Of a stretch of DNA of 64,000 nucleotides, positions 9,826-19,829 are shown piece after piece. Where the stretch lies: NCBI GenBank assembly GCA_963663765.2, contig CAXXUA010000013.1, positions 640,001 through 704,000 on the forward strand, written 5' to 3'. The stretch's first letter is position 1. Each line of letters begins with the position of its first letter. The translations under genes were made by a program, and so were the position numbers. Origin of the DNA: Candidatus Poribacteria bacterium (GTDB lineage Bacteria > Poribacteria > WGA-4E > WGA-3G). The notes below the pieces were generated by a model. That model had not been told where the DNA came from. It made no database searches and worked only from the letters and a program-made list of their open reading frames with translations.

Positions 9826-12645
9826 ATGAAAAACAACGATGTTACTTTAATTCAACAGATACTCAATGGTGACCAAAACGCTTTTACTGATTTGGTAAAA
9901 AAGTATCAGAAGCAGGTACACGCATTTGCATGGCGGAAGTTAGGTGACTTCCATCTCGCTGAAGAGATCACACAGGATGCCTTTCTTAAGGTATATAACC
10001 AACTCTGGACACTTAGAGACCATGATCGTTTTGGTGGATGGTTATTTGCTATTGTAAAGAATTGTTGCTTATTGTCATTTCGAAAAATGCAGCTACCCAT
10101 TGAATCTCTTGATGCAATACCTGAAGCAGAGGCAGAAAGAGTTTTCTATACCCAATATCTTGAGAAACAACGCGAAGATATTGCTGATGAAAATCGACAT
10201 GAGGTCGTGAAACGTCTTCTGATGAAACTGCCTGAGAATGAACATACAGTTATAACCCTTCACTATCTTGGTGATATGCGTTGCGAAGAAATTAGCGAGT
10301 TCTTGAGTGTTCCATTGAATACCATTAAAAGTCGTCTCCATCGGGCAAGGAAACGATTAAAGGAGGAGGAATCCATGGTACGCGAAACATTAGGTGGGTT
10401 TGAATTACCAGAAAATCTTACGAAGAATATTATGGAATGGATACAGATGAATGAACCGGGTGTAGCGGCTTCAGTAGGCACATTGGCTAAAACATCGGAT
10501 GGGACAGTCTTTGCAGTGTTGGGTTATAAGAACATCTACAAATTACTTGCGGATGAAAATGAGTGGCAACCCGTTAACTCGGATTTTTTCCCTGAAAAGA
10601 CCAAGGGTAGTATCCCTATTGCTGAGCACAATGGAACGGTTTATATTATCCCATCTCATGAAATGTTTGCCTCAACTGATGAGGGTGAAACTTGGAATTC
10701 TGTCAGCACCTGTCCTGAAGGGCATGTGAGGGAATTGTTGATCACAGAAGATGCATTTTTTATCGCTCTTAATCATGGTATTTTCCGTTCCGATGACGCT
10801 GGAAAGTCATGGGTAGACATGAACGAGGGCTTTGACAAACGGGTGACAGAGAATTCAGGTATTAGAACATTACGAGTCAGCCAAGACACCTTATTTGCTG
10901 GAACATCTCTCGGTGTATACCGTCATAACTCTGAAACTTGGGAACACCTTCAGTTACCGGTTGACAATATTGTGGTTGTAAATTCTCTGGAGGTGACCGA
11001 AAACCAAATAAATGCCGCAGTATCGGTAAATATAATGGAGGGTGACGGACCTCCTGAAGTAAATTACTATAATTTGTGTGATATTAGCAAGGATTCGTGG
11101 TGGGTATTTCGATCATCAGATGGTGGAAATTCGTGGACCGATATAACGCCTTCGGAGGCACGGGATATAATAATGAAATCCTTACCTCCGATAGTTCTTC
11201 TTGCATCTGGGAAATCACTCTTATTGGTAGGTGGCGAGGACGGTGTTGTTGCTCGCTCAGTTGATTGTGGGAACACCTGGAAAACTATAGAACAGTCTGG
11301 TATTGCACCATTGCAGTTTAGTGTAAACTGTGCTGTAGCATTAGACGAAAACACCTCTTATACCGGTGGAATGTCTGGTATTCATCGTACAACGGATGGT
11401 GGTGAAACTTGGCTCCGATTCAATACAAGGTTTGCGTGCCGTGTGGAAAACCTAATTAGCTTGAATGTGGATCCAGATTCAGATACACCAAATGCACTCT
11501 ACGCGACAGTGGCTGGGAGTGTGGTCAAATCAACAAACGCAGGTAGTTCATGGTCTACTGTGGGGATTGACCTGCCAAGGGTTACTACTGAAATACCAAA
11601 ATTCAATGCAAAATTCAAAGATACAGAATATACACCGAGAATTGTACAGATTACCGAAGACAACGGTGTTCTGTATGCAAAAGGAATTCGGCGCAATAAT
11701 GAAACGGCTTACTATCGTTTCGTTCCTGAAAAAAACTACTTAGTTGCTGTTGAGGGAGAATACTGTTTAAGTCCAGTTGAGGGAACGGCACCACCTTCGC
11801 GAGATTCTGCAAGACTGATGTGGACTGTCTTTGGCGAAGCAACATTTCCCTTTGATAATGACCGTCTAATGGGACAAGGGGTACTGCTTTCCTTCTCCTC
11901 TACCTTCTCTACAGATCCTGACGATTCTGAGTCTTTATCCACTCAGATAATACGGGATGATCCAAAATATGGTGCAGAACGCTTTTTAAAACTAATAGGT
12001 CAAGTTCAAGGTGATCATCAACTGGCTTACGAATTGATGTTGGAAGGTTTATACGGCAACTTCGCGGTGAGTGGAGAAACGTACTACATGGAGTACAACT
12101 ACAAACTCTTCCGATGGAAACCCGGTGATACAAGATGGTCCGATACAGGTGTAGAGGAAACTTGCGAACTCACACGTGAAAATATGGCGCGAGGCTTTAA
12201 ACTTGCTACATCGGGTGAAACAGTATACGTCGGTAAGCGTGATGGGCAACTTTTTCAATCCCTTGATGGTGGTGATAGTTGGAACGACAGGACATCATAC
12301 CTGCCGCAGCCGGTTGAACACTACAATCAGATTGTCCTTACCGATTCAACGGTTCATGTCGCAACAGACAAAGGGGTTTTCAATTCCATAGATGGTGCTG
12401 TTTGGCAAGCAATCACCGATAAAGCAGGGGAAACCGTAATCATTAAGTCGTTAGCAACAGCAGAGGATGCTGTTTATGGAGCGAATAATGACGGCATCTA
12501 TCACATAGAAAAGGAAACAGTAGTTTGGGAACAAATTGTACCTGAAATTCCAGATACGATTACTTCTCTGGTTGTTGATGGAGATACCTTTTTCGTTGGC
12601 ACTGAACATCGCGGTGTACTCCGTTTTGAACGTTCTGAGTCATAA
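9826..12645 (+). CDS. ECF sigma-70 factor fused to a large Asp-box/BNR beta-propeller region
   Basis: Region 2 (AEEITQDAFLKVY...FGGWLFAI) and region 4 (EEISEFLSVPLNTIKSRLHRARKRLK); repeated S/T-x-D-x-G-x-x-W motifs after residue ~200; AGGAG RBS. Confidence 0.9.
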   Translation: MKNNDVTLIQQILNGDQNAFTDLVKKYQKQVHAFAWRKLGDFHLAEEITQDAFLKVYNQLWTLRDHDRFGGWLFAIVKNCCLLSFRKMQLPIESLDAIPEAEAERVFYTQYLEKQREDIADENRHEVVKRLLMKLPENEHTVITLHYLGDMRCEEISEFLSVPLNTIKSRLHRARKRLKEEESMVRETLGGFELPENLTKNIMEWIQMNEPGVAASVGTLAKTSDGTVFAVLGYKNIYKLLADENEWQPVNSDFFPEKTKGSIPIAEHNGTVYIIPSHEMFASTDEGETWNSVSTCPEGHVRELLITEDAFFIALNHGIFRSDDAGKSWVDMNEGFDKRVTENSGIRTLRVSQDTLFAGTSLGVYRHNSETWEHLQLPVDNIVVVNSLEVTENQINAAVSVNIMEGDGPPEVNYYNLCDISKDSWWVFRSSDGGNSWTDITPSEARDIIMKSLPPIVLLASGKSLLLVGGEDGVVARSVDCGNTWKTIEQSGIAPLQFSVNCAVALDENTSYTGGMSGIHRTTDGGETWLRFNTRFACRVENLISLNVDPDSDTPNALYATVAGSVVKSTNAGSSWSTVGIDLPRVTTEIPKFNAKFKDTEYTPRIVQITEDNGVLYAKGIRRNNETAYYRFVPEKNYLVAVEGEYCLSPVEGTAPPSRDSARLMWTVFGEATFPFDNDRLMGQGVLLSFSSTFSTDPDDSESLSTQIIRDDPKYGAERFLKLIGQVQGDHQLAYELMLEGLYGNFAVSGETYYMEYNYKLFRWKPGDTRWSDTGVEETCELTRENMARGFKLATSGETVYVGKRDGQLFQSLDGGDSWNDRTSYLPQPVEHYNQIVLTDSTVHVATDKGVFNSIDGAVWQAITDKAGETVIIKSLATAEDAVYGANNDGIYHIEKETVVWEQIVPEIPDTITSLVVDGDTFFVGTEHRGVLRFERSES

Positions 12646-12681
12646 GTTTCTAATACCAAATTAACGCGATTCATTCAAGTA

Positions 12682-13027
12682 GGTGTGGCTTCCTAACCGC
12701 ACCATAAGCGTCAATTTAAGGATTTTGACCTCTTGTGGGAGGGGTTTTCAACCCCGATTTTACGCGCTTTTCCTCTCAAATCGGGGTTGAAAACCCCTCC
12801 CACAAGAGAAACACCAACACTTTTTTCTTAAATTGACGCCTATGGTGTGGCTTCCTAACCGCACCATAAGCGTCAATTTAAGGATTTTGACCTCTTGTGG
12901 GAGGGGTTTTCAACCCCGATTTTACGCGCTTTTCCTCTCAAATCGGGGTTGAAAACCCCTCCCACAAGAGAAACACCAACACTTTTTTCTTAAATTGACG
13001 CCTATGGTGTGGCTTCCTAACCGCACC
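12682..13027. mobile_element. Two tandem 140-bp MITEs, each bounded by a copy of a 22-bp REP hairpin (162-bp period)
   Basis: ggtgtggcttcctaaccgcacc at 12682, 12844 and 13006; elements 12704-12843 and 12866-13005 with ends ataagcgtcaatttaag / cttaaattgacgcctat. Confidence 0.85.
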
Positions 13028-13053
13028 TACTTGGATGGAAAACGTTTAGTGAA

Positions 13054-13464
13054 TTAATGGGATTCACCCACATGTTCATGTTCACATGCGGGGCAAGTTT
13101 TACACAAATGTCGGTTTAAGAGATGTGCTGTCGCAAGTAGGATACCACCTGTGCCATGCAAGATCACCTCAAAAGTTCCTTCGGCTGTAATATGGGCAGT
13201 AGCAATAAACGCCAAAGCTACGACGAGTACAAGGAACGCTCTCCAACTACGGTGATGGCGAACACCCCAAACGATACTTCCAACGGCAAGCACAACTGCC
13301 ACGCCAATGATGACTAATTCCGAGGGTTCACTGACAAGGAAACCGAGTCCAACCAATGGTAATAAAGTTATCAATAGTGGCATCGCCATGCAATGAATAG
13401 CACATGCAAAAGATATACATGCACCAGTTTTATCAACGAATTCTTGATTTATGATCTTGTTCAT
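13054..13464 (-). CDS. MerC-domain membrane protein
   Basis: DKTGACISFACAIHC motif, four hydrophobic segments, C-terminal CKTCPAC and His tail. Confidence 0.85.
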   Translation of the reverse strand: MNKIINQEFVDKTGACISFACAIHCMAMPLLITLLPLVGLGFLVSEPSELVIIGVAVVLAVGSIVWGVRHHRSWRAFLVLVVALAFIATAHITAEGTFEVILHGTGGILLATAHLLNRHLCKTCPACEHEHVGESH

Positions 13465-13517
13465 AATTCTCCAATAATTTTATGGACAACTGCAAATATT
13501 CGTCCATACAGTATATA

Positions 13518-15785
13518 CTAATAATTCAGTTTGTACAGAAATTTTACATTCCTACCCGGTTCCGGCATCACTGATTTGATGCGAGAAAGATGTTCACGGT
13601 AGACTTTATCAAGTATGTTCTCTACCTCAAACACAAATAGATTTTCAAGCTGCCACCACATAAAATTGAGATAAATTCCAGCATCATAGACAATATATTC
13701 ATCTGTCGGTTCCTCGAATTCACCGAGTCTAGTTTGACTTGCTGAGTAGCGGGAAGTCAGGTGAACATGAAACGGAGATAAAGTATAGTTGAAAACAAGT
13801 TTGCCGTTTAGTGGTGGAATTCGTTCTAACGGTTGCCCAACGGCTTCAACCGTTCCGTTGACGTAACTCATATCTATTTGCACATTAAAGCGAGGTAGAA
13901 TTTCCGTTTCAATACTTATCTCCGCACCATTCATGACTACGTCGCTTCCTGTGTATTGATATATCCACAACCATCCAGCAGCACCGCTTCCCCACTCTTT
14001 CTCACCCGTGTTCGTTGGAATCAGGTAGCCATATATAAGATTCTGGAAAAGTGAAAGGTTGAGTTTGAAACTGTCATTTGAAAATTCAGCGAAAATCTCG
14101 CTACCAAGTCCGATTTCTGGTTCCAATTCCGCATTTCCGATTTCGTAAGAATAGACAGCGAGATGTGGTCCATCAGAAAAGAGTTCTTCTATGCCAGGGG
14201 CTCGAAAAGTCTTCATGATTGTAGCGCCAGTGCTAACATTGTCATGCCACTGGTAGATACCAGAGACTGCACCAGATATACCACCAAAGTCACGTCTTTG
14301 GACAGTTCCAGCTTGGATGACAGTACCAGATGTGAATGGTTCCACTCGCCTGATGTCGTAGCGGATTGCCTCCTGAAACGTTAGCCGATCAAACTCCTGC
14401 TGGTTCAGAAAGAAGCCAGCCAAAGCGAATTCACGGGTATGTGGTGTCCAGTAAAATCCACCCGTATCATGATCTCTATATTCTCCCCATATTCCCGTGA
14501 TAACATTGTCAAAAAGGTATGCCATCGCAGAGAAATTGTAGGTGAGAACTCCAAATTCTACACCGAGTGAACCGTTGGACTCCAACTCCTGATGTTCATA
14601 ACGAGTATACGCAGTTTGAAATTTGATTTTATCAATCCAATCTTGATTGAAACGAAACTCCATCTGCGCATCGTATCGTTGACGGTCAAGTACAATATCA
14701 ACACCTTTGATATGTCCTTCCGGTGATCCAGGAATACCGTAATTAGAACGGTAACGTCCCCCCGATGCACCGACAAAACCCCACGGCTTGACAAGCGATG
14801 TCCCCACAGAATAATTATGGTTGGAAAGCTCTGTGTTTTCAAGGACACCGATCGGAGTATGTGTATCTGACGCAATGCGGCGATTCCACTCAAGATTACC
14901 TGCAAAGATTCCAATTGGGATTGTAAATCCTGTAGTGGCAGTTAAACCCGTATTCATAGACTCACTTTGAAGTTTAAGTTTCATGACAGGACGATTTGGA
15001 AGGAAATTTGGTATGTTGTCCCTTTTGACGTTGATAACACCACCTAACGTGCTTGATCCATAGATAAGCGAGGCAGGACCGCGGGTAACTTCAACACCTA
15101 TAGCAGAAGATGGGTCAATTGCGACGGCGTGGTCAGCACTGGATGCGGATTTATCCCCAGTGCGTTCACCATTTTCAAGGATAAGCAGTCTATCTCCACC
15201 TAAACCTCTAATCACCGGCCGCGCAGCTGCTTGTCCCATTGTTCGTTGTGAGATTCCAACTTCTTTGGACAGTGTCTGTGCAAGTGTCATTCCCAACTGT
15301 TTATCCAAATTAGTTTCATCAAGATCAATATCAGTTGTATTGTTATATTGATCAAGAGACCTGCCTGGTCCAACCACAGTAATCGTTCCAAGTTGATAAT
15401 CTACGGTTTTCATATATATCTGAAGAAAACTTATGGATTTTTTCACCGCCACAACTTGTTCTACAGACTGAAAGTTAATTCGGGTGAAACGAATCATATA
15501 CCGTCCTTCTGGAACATCCTTGAAATTGAATTGTCCGTTTTTGTCAGTAACCGTCGACAAATCAGTGTCAATAATACTGACAATTACGCCATCAATACGG
15601 GAATGCGTCCGACGATCAATCACTTCACCATGTATCGGATAAGATGAGACTTGGTTACTATGAGCGTTTCTGATAAAGCAGGATATACAACATATTCCCA
15701 ACGCAAGTACATACAGGCAGGTACGCTTGATAAGCGCACCTGCAGTACTAATTATACGTTTGTATGTGTTACCATCAATGCGCAT
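13518..15785 (-). CDS. TonB-dependent receptor, metal-uptake type (ZnuD-like), with N-terminal carboxypeptidase-regulatory-like domain
   Basis: Plug motifs RPVIRGLGGDR and VEVTRGPASLIYGS; FRAPGIEELF; C-terminal PEPGRNVKFLYKLNY. Confidence 0.9.
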   Translation of the reverse strand: MRIDGNTYKRIISTAGALIKRTCLYVLALGICCISCFIRNAHSNQVSSYPIHGEVIDRRTHSRIDGVIVSIIDTDLSTVTDKNGQFNFKDVPEGRYMIRFTRINFQSVEQVVAVKKSISFLQIYMKTVDYQLGTITVVGPGRSLDQYNNTTDIDLDETNLDKQLGMTLAQTLSKEVGISQRTMGQAAARPVIRGLGGDRLLILENGERTGDKSASSADHAVAIDPSSAIGVEVTRGPASLIYGSSTLGGVINVKRDNIPNFLPNRPVMKLKLQSESMNTGLTATTGFTIPIGIFAGNLEWNRRIASDTHTPIGVLENTELSNHNYSVGTSLVKPWGFVGASGGRYRSNYGIPGSPEGHIKGVDIVLDRQRYDAQMEFRFNQDWIDKIKFQTAYTRYEHQELESNGSLGVEFGVLTYNFSAMAYLFDNVITGIWGEYRDHDTGGFYWTPHTREFALAGFFLNQQEFDRLTFQEAIRYDIRRVEPFTSGTVIQAGTVQRRDFGGISGAVSGIYQWHDNVSTGATIMKTFRAPGIEELFSDGPHLAVYSYEIGNAELEPEIGLGSEIFAEFSNDSFKLNLSLFQNLIYGYLIPTNTGEKEWGSGAAGWLWIYQYTGSDVVMNGAEISIETEILPRFNVQIDMSYVNGTVEAVGQPLERIPPLNGKLVFNYTLSPFHVHLTSRYSASQTRLGEFEEPTDEYIVYDAGIYLNFMWWQLENLFVFEVENILDKVYREHLSRIKSVMPEPGRNVKFLYKLNY

Positions 15786-15796
15786 GGTAATATTCC

Positions 15797-16399
15797 TTAT
15801 TGGACAGTGACAGGTATTGGGAGTGCCGTGAAATCAGGATGTTCCCCATGCATTAGTTGAAGTTTTATTGTTGTTTCACCTGCCTTTAGTCCAACCACTT
15901 CAAAGCTAAGATGAGAATCTTCATCATGATCATCATCTTCATCTTCATCATGATCATCTTCTCCCTCCTCATCTGACAAGTGAATATCAATAATCTCTTC
16001 ATCGTCTGCAGAGATTGCTAAATTAAAAACTTCTTCATCATCGTGTTCCTCGTGATCGTCTTCCTTTCCAGAAAGTGCATCAAGATCCACTTCTTCCTCC
16101 TCATGATCAAGAAAAACAACCTCAACCTTAACTTCGTCGTTCACAGATAAGGTTATACCTCCAGTTTGTGATTCTTCAAACTGACGATAAATTTCCACAT
16201 CATCTACAAATAGAACGACACCATCTGCGTCAGCATGGATTGTTTCTTCTGAATCATGGTCATCTGCACCACATCCACCAAATAAGGGTAGGATGGCAAT
16301 AAAAACAGTTAGTATAAGTCGTGAAATCGTTACAGAAATGTTCTGTTCAAAATAATAGGTAAACATAGTATTCTCCAATTTAATATACAGCACATACAC
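15797..16399 (-). CDS. His/Asp/Glu-rich lipoprotein, putative metal-binding (start possibly ~16366)
   Basis: Lipobox-like LFGGC; acidic His-rich tracts; C-terminal LMHGEHPDF. Confidence 0.75.
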   Translation of the reverse strand: MYVLYIKLENTMFTYYFEQNISVTISRLILTVFIAILPLFGGCGADDHDSEETIHADADGVVLFVDDVEIYRQFEESQTGGITLSVNDEVKVEVVFLDHEEEEVDLDALSGKEDDHEEHDDEEVFNLAISADDEEIIDIHLSDEEGEDDHDEDEDDDHDEDSHLSFEVVGLKAGETTIKLQLMHGEHPDFTALPIPVTVQ

Positions 16400-16562
16400 G
16401 TGCTAATAAGATATGAGTTGCAGAAGATAGATATAAAGGCGCGCAAAACTATGCAAAACACCATACCCATTGTCATGTTCGCAATGGTAATTTTATACGT
16501 ATCTATCCTCTACATAGAAAGATACAAAATTAAATGTTATTTTAACTATGGAAATTATAGAA

Positions 16563-16952
16563 TTAGATTGAATTGGAAAAAACAGGAGGAGCGCGACTCT
16601 GGATGGAGGCTGTAGGACTGAAAGTCCAAATAAATTCTTCGCTTAGTGGGAGTGTCTCACGGTAAAACGTAGGGGATTTGATTACATTCGATTGGATTCC
16701 AATTTGGATGTGTGTGTTGAGAAATACACACGCAGCACAACTTTCTTCTGTATGTGATTGTTCTGAGTGTTCATTTTCATGCTCATGCTCATCTTCATTT
16801 TCATGACATGCATCATTTTCATGCCCATTACATGCATCATGATCATGTATATGAATATGATCATGCAACAGTGGTGCAAAACTAAGCAGCACTATGTAAC
16901 AGAATATCCCACTCAAAATTAGTAATTTTGTATTGGAATTATACAATTTCAT
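16563..16952 (-). CDS. DUF2946-like leader protein with His-rich segment, CxxC and C-terminal RAPP motif
   Basis: N-terminal hydrophobic helix, HDHIHIHDHD, CAAC, SRAPP seven residues from the stop; first gene of the TonB operon. Confidence 0.75.
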   Translation of the reverse strand: MKLYNSNTKLLILSGIFCYIVLLSFAPLLHDHIHIHDHDACNGHENDACHENEDEHEHENEHSEQSHTEESCAACVFLNTHIQIGIQSNVIKSPTFYRETLPLSEEFIWTFSPTASIQSRAPPVFSNSI

Positions 16953-16985
16953 GAATTCAAATCAACATGTTTTCTGTGTGTTATA

Positions 16986-17020
16986 TGTAATAGTATACTA
17001 TACAAATCTTAGGAATGCAA
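16986..17020 (-). promoter_or_regulatory. sigma70 promoter TTGCAT-N17-TATACT overlapped by a weak Zur/Fur-box-like sequence
   Basis: atgcaa 17015-17020 and agtata 16992-16997 on the plus strand; tgtaatagtatacta at 16986-17000 partly matches TGTTATAnTATAACA. Confidence 0.45.
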
Positions 17021-17045
17021 TTATTTCTAATGAGATGAGTAGGAT

Positions 17046-18497
17046 TTATGGAAAAATTCCGAGTTGCATATAAGACTGTGCGATTTTATGAATAGCAGTG
17101 ATAAACGCAGCAGTGCGATTGTTCACTTCGTTATTTCCGTATTTCAGTCGCGTTTCTCGTATTTCTTGATAAGCGTTTATCATCGTGTCTTGAAGTCCCG
17201 AATTGACCAAATCTGTTTCATCTGCTCCGTGTACCGTTCGTCTTTCTTTTTCGGAAAATTGATAACCCGTTGCACTTTCTACGGCACGGAACATTGCATT
17301 ATATGTGCTTTCTTCAAATCGTCTTGCTAACCTGCCGAATCCGACATGGGATAGGTTCCTCAGCCATTCAAAATAGGAAACAGTAACACCGCCCGCGTTT
17401 AGATAGGTATCTGGTATAATCAAAGCACCTCTTTTACGTAGTATTGCATCTGCTTTTGCTGTAGTGGGTCCATTTGCTGCCTCCCCGATAATACGTGCCT
17501 TGATGCGCGGTGCGTTTGCTGCAGTTAATTGGTTTTCAAGTGCCGCGGGGACCAAAATATCGCATTCCAATTCTAAAGAATCGTATGGATTTTCAAAATA
17601 GGTGGCATCAGGATAATGCCGTATTGATCCCGTTTCTTCTCGATACGCGACTACCTTTTCAACATCTAAGCCCTTCTGATTATAAACTGCTCCATCAATC
17701 TCCGCAATGGCGATAATGTTAGCGTCCGTTTCGGTTAAATACTTCGCAGCATGGTACCCAACATTTCCAAAACCTTGTATGACAATAGACTTCCCTCTCA
17801 AACCGGGTTCAAGCCCGACCTGTTTCATATCATCTTTATGGCTACATACCTCTTCTAATCCGAAGGCAACTCCGCGTCCTGTGGCTTCTCTTCGTCCCTG
17901 AATTCCGTTCTGTTCAATCGGTTTACCTGTCACACAAGCAATAGCATCAAGTTTGTCTGGTGACATTGTGAGATAGGTATCCAATACCCATGCCATCTCG
18001 TTTTCGCTTGTTCCAAAGTCAGGTGCAGGTACATCTATACCTGGACCGATGTAATTTTTCTGGATCAGTTCATAAGTATAACGACGTGTGATTCGTTCCA
18101 ATTCACTTTCTGAATACTCTTTCCTGTCCAGTTGTATCCCACCTTTCGCTCCACCAAATGGAATGTCTACAATTGCACACTTATATGTCATCAAAGCTGC
18201 GAGTGCCATGATTTCATCTTCATTCACCAAAGTGCTGTAACGGAGTCCTCCCTTCGTTGGTAGATTATGGTGGCTATGTTCAGCACGCCATCCATGGATC
18301 GTCTGAATAGACCCATCGTCCCGTTTTATTGGAAAGGTAAAATGACAAGAACTGTTACAAACCTTGATTTGTTCCAGTAAGCCTTGTGGATAATCTGTAA
18401 ATCGTGCAGCTTTATCAAAGTTCGCGTTGACTTTCTCAAAGAAAGACTGTTTTTCTAACATTTGCGTCATACCTTGATAGAATCTGTTGCTATGCAT
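17046..18497 (-). CDS. gdhA: Glutamate dehydrogenase (Glu/Leu/Phe/Val dehydrogenase family)
   Basis: PTKGGLRY, PFGGAKGG, DVPAPD, QGFGNVG, EAANGP, NAGGVTVSYFEW. Confidence 0.93.
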   Translation of the reverse strand: MHSNRFYQGMTQMLEKQSFFEKVNANFDKAARFTDYPQGLLEQIKVCNSSCHFTFPIKRDDGSIQTIHGWRAEHSHHNLPTKGGLRYSTLVNEDEIMALAALMTYKCAIVDIPFGGAKGGIQLDRKEYSESELERITRRYTYELIQKNYIGPGIDVPAPDFGTSENEMAWVLDTYLTMSPDKLDAIACVTGKPIEQNGIQGRREATGRGVAFGLEEVCSHKDDMKQVGLEPGLRGKSIVIQGFGNVGYHAAKYLTETDANIIAIAEIDGAVYNQKGLDVEKVVAYREETGSIRHYPDATYFENPYDSLELECDILVPAALENQLTAANAPRIKARIIGEAANGPTTAKADAILRKRGALIIPDTYLNAGGVTVSYFEWLRNLSHVGFGRLARRFEESTYNAMFRAVESATGYQFSEKERRTVHGADETDLVNSGLQDTMINAYQEIRETRLKYGNNEVNNRTAAFITAIHKIAQSYMQLGIFP

Positions 18498-18560
18498 TTG
18501 TGAAATATCCTTTATGAAGAACTCAAACGGGTTGATTCCAAGAAAAGTTTACCCTATAAC

Positions 18561-19433
18561 TTACCTTTGTCGTATATATTTTTGTAATCTCGCGTCTGCT
18601 TGAACTTCCCCAACATAAATGTCCCCGTGAGAATCTAACCAGATACCGTGCGGACAAGCGAAAAATTCACCAGAGACAGTACTTCCTCTGTCACTACCCC
18701 ATTGTGAAACAACATCCCCATCCAATGTCATAATAGTAACCCGCTGTTGCAGTTCTGCGATATATACAAGTTCGTCATCATCAATAAATATAGTATCAGG
18801 TTGTAGCAGGTTGTCCCACTCCTCAATATAGTCACCATCTAATGTGAAAAACTGAATGCGATTATTTTCACGGTCAGCAACCATGAGTCTATTACGCGGG
18901 TCAACTCGGACACAGTGCGGGAGATCAAACTCTGCTGGACCTGTACCCGGCTGTCCCCATGACTTTATCAGTTCACCATCTGGTGAAAATTTATGAATAC
19001 GTGCATTACCGTAACCATCGCTGATGAACATCTCACCTTCAGGTCCAAGTGCTAAATCTGTTGGTAGATTAAAAGGTTCTCCTTCTGCTCCCGGTTTATC
19101 CATTGTGCCAAGAGTCATCAGCAGGTCGCCATCTGTAGTGAACTTATGTATGACGTGTGTTTCACGTTCAGTGCAGTAGATGTTATCTTCCGTGTCAATA
19201 AAAATGCCGTGAGCGTCTTTCAGGATGTTCTCTCCCCAAGAGGATAAAAAATTACCATCACGGTCGAAGACAACCATCGGATGTTCACTCCGACTATAGA
19301 CATAGACACGATCCTGTGAATCTACTGCAACTGCTGGAATCCATCCGAATTCATAACCATCAGGCAGTTTCCACCAATTTTCTTGCACCTTATATTTATG
19401 TGTTCCTTGTCCAAATATCATTAGGGTCTCCAT
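18561..19433 (-). CDS. NHL-repeat beta-propeller, peptidyl-alpha-hydroxyglycine lyase-like
   Basis: FNLPTDLAL, SDGYGNARI, EFDLPH, VADRENNRIQ, PHGIWLDSHGDIYVGEV. Confidence 0.85.
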   Translation of the reverse strand: METLMIFGQGTHKYKVQENWWKLPDGYEFGWIPAVAVDSQDRVYVYSRSEHPMVVFDRDGNFLSSWGENILKDAHGIFIDTEDNIYCTERETHVIHKFTTDGDLLMTLGTMDKPGAEGEPFNLPTDLALGPEGEMFISDGYGNARIHKFSPDGELIKSWGQPGTGPAEFDLPHCVRVDPRNRLMVADRENNRIQFFTLDGDYIEEWDNLLQPDTIFIDDDELVYIAELQQRVTIMTLDGDVVSQWGSDRGSTVSGEFFACPHGIWLDSHGDIYVGEVQADARLQKYIRQR

Positions 19434-19651
19434 TTTTCAACTATATTGTGAGTTATTCTAACAAATAGATTACCATATATCAAGTAGAATCTGTTTGATT
19501 GGTAAAATCCAGGGTTATTTAGTTTTGGGTGTTTGAATGCAATTACACACCATGTTTAAGGAGCAGTAGTGGATAATTACAAAAAAGTTTACCCTCTACA
19601 ACATATCCCAATTGCAGGAGGAACTGAAAAAATGTTATAATTTTTATTAGG

Positions 19652-19773
19652 TAGGACTAACGAAGTTTTGATATTTTAATCAAGAATTATGTCGATAATG
19701 ATGTAATTTTCGGCATTTTTTAGATTTCCAGTGCGTTTACAAGGCACGCCTACCGTTCGGTGCGTAAGTCTTG
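19652..19773. mobile_element. Degenerate MITE related to the IS701-like element ends
   Basis: taggactaacga ... tgcgtaagtcttg; TTAGG at 19647-19651 and 19774-19778. Confidence 0.7.
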
Positions 19774-19829
19774 TTAGGAATTCTTATACTGAATAGGCAT
19801 ATTTTCTATAGGATAATGGTATATTCTAA

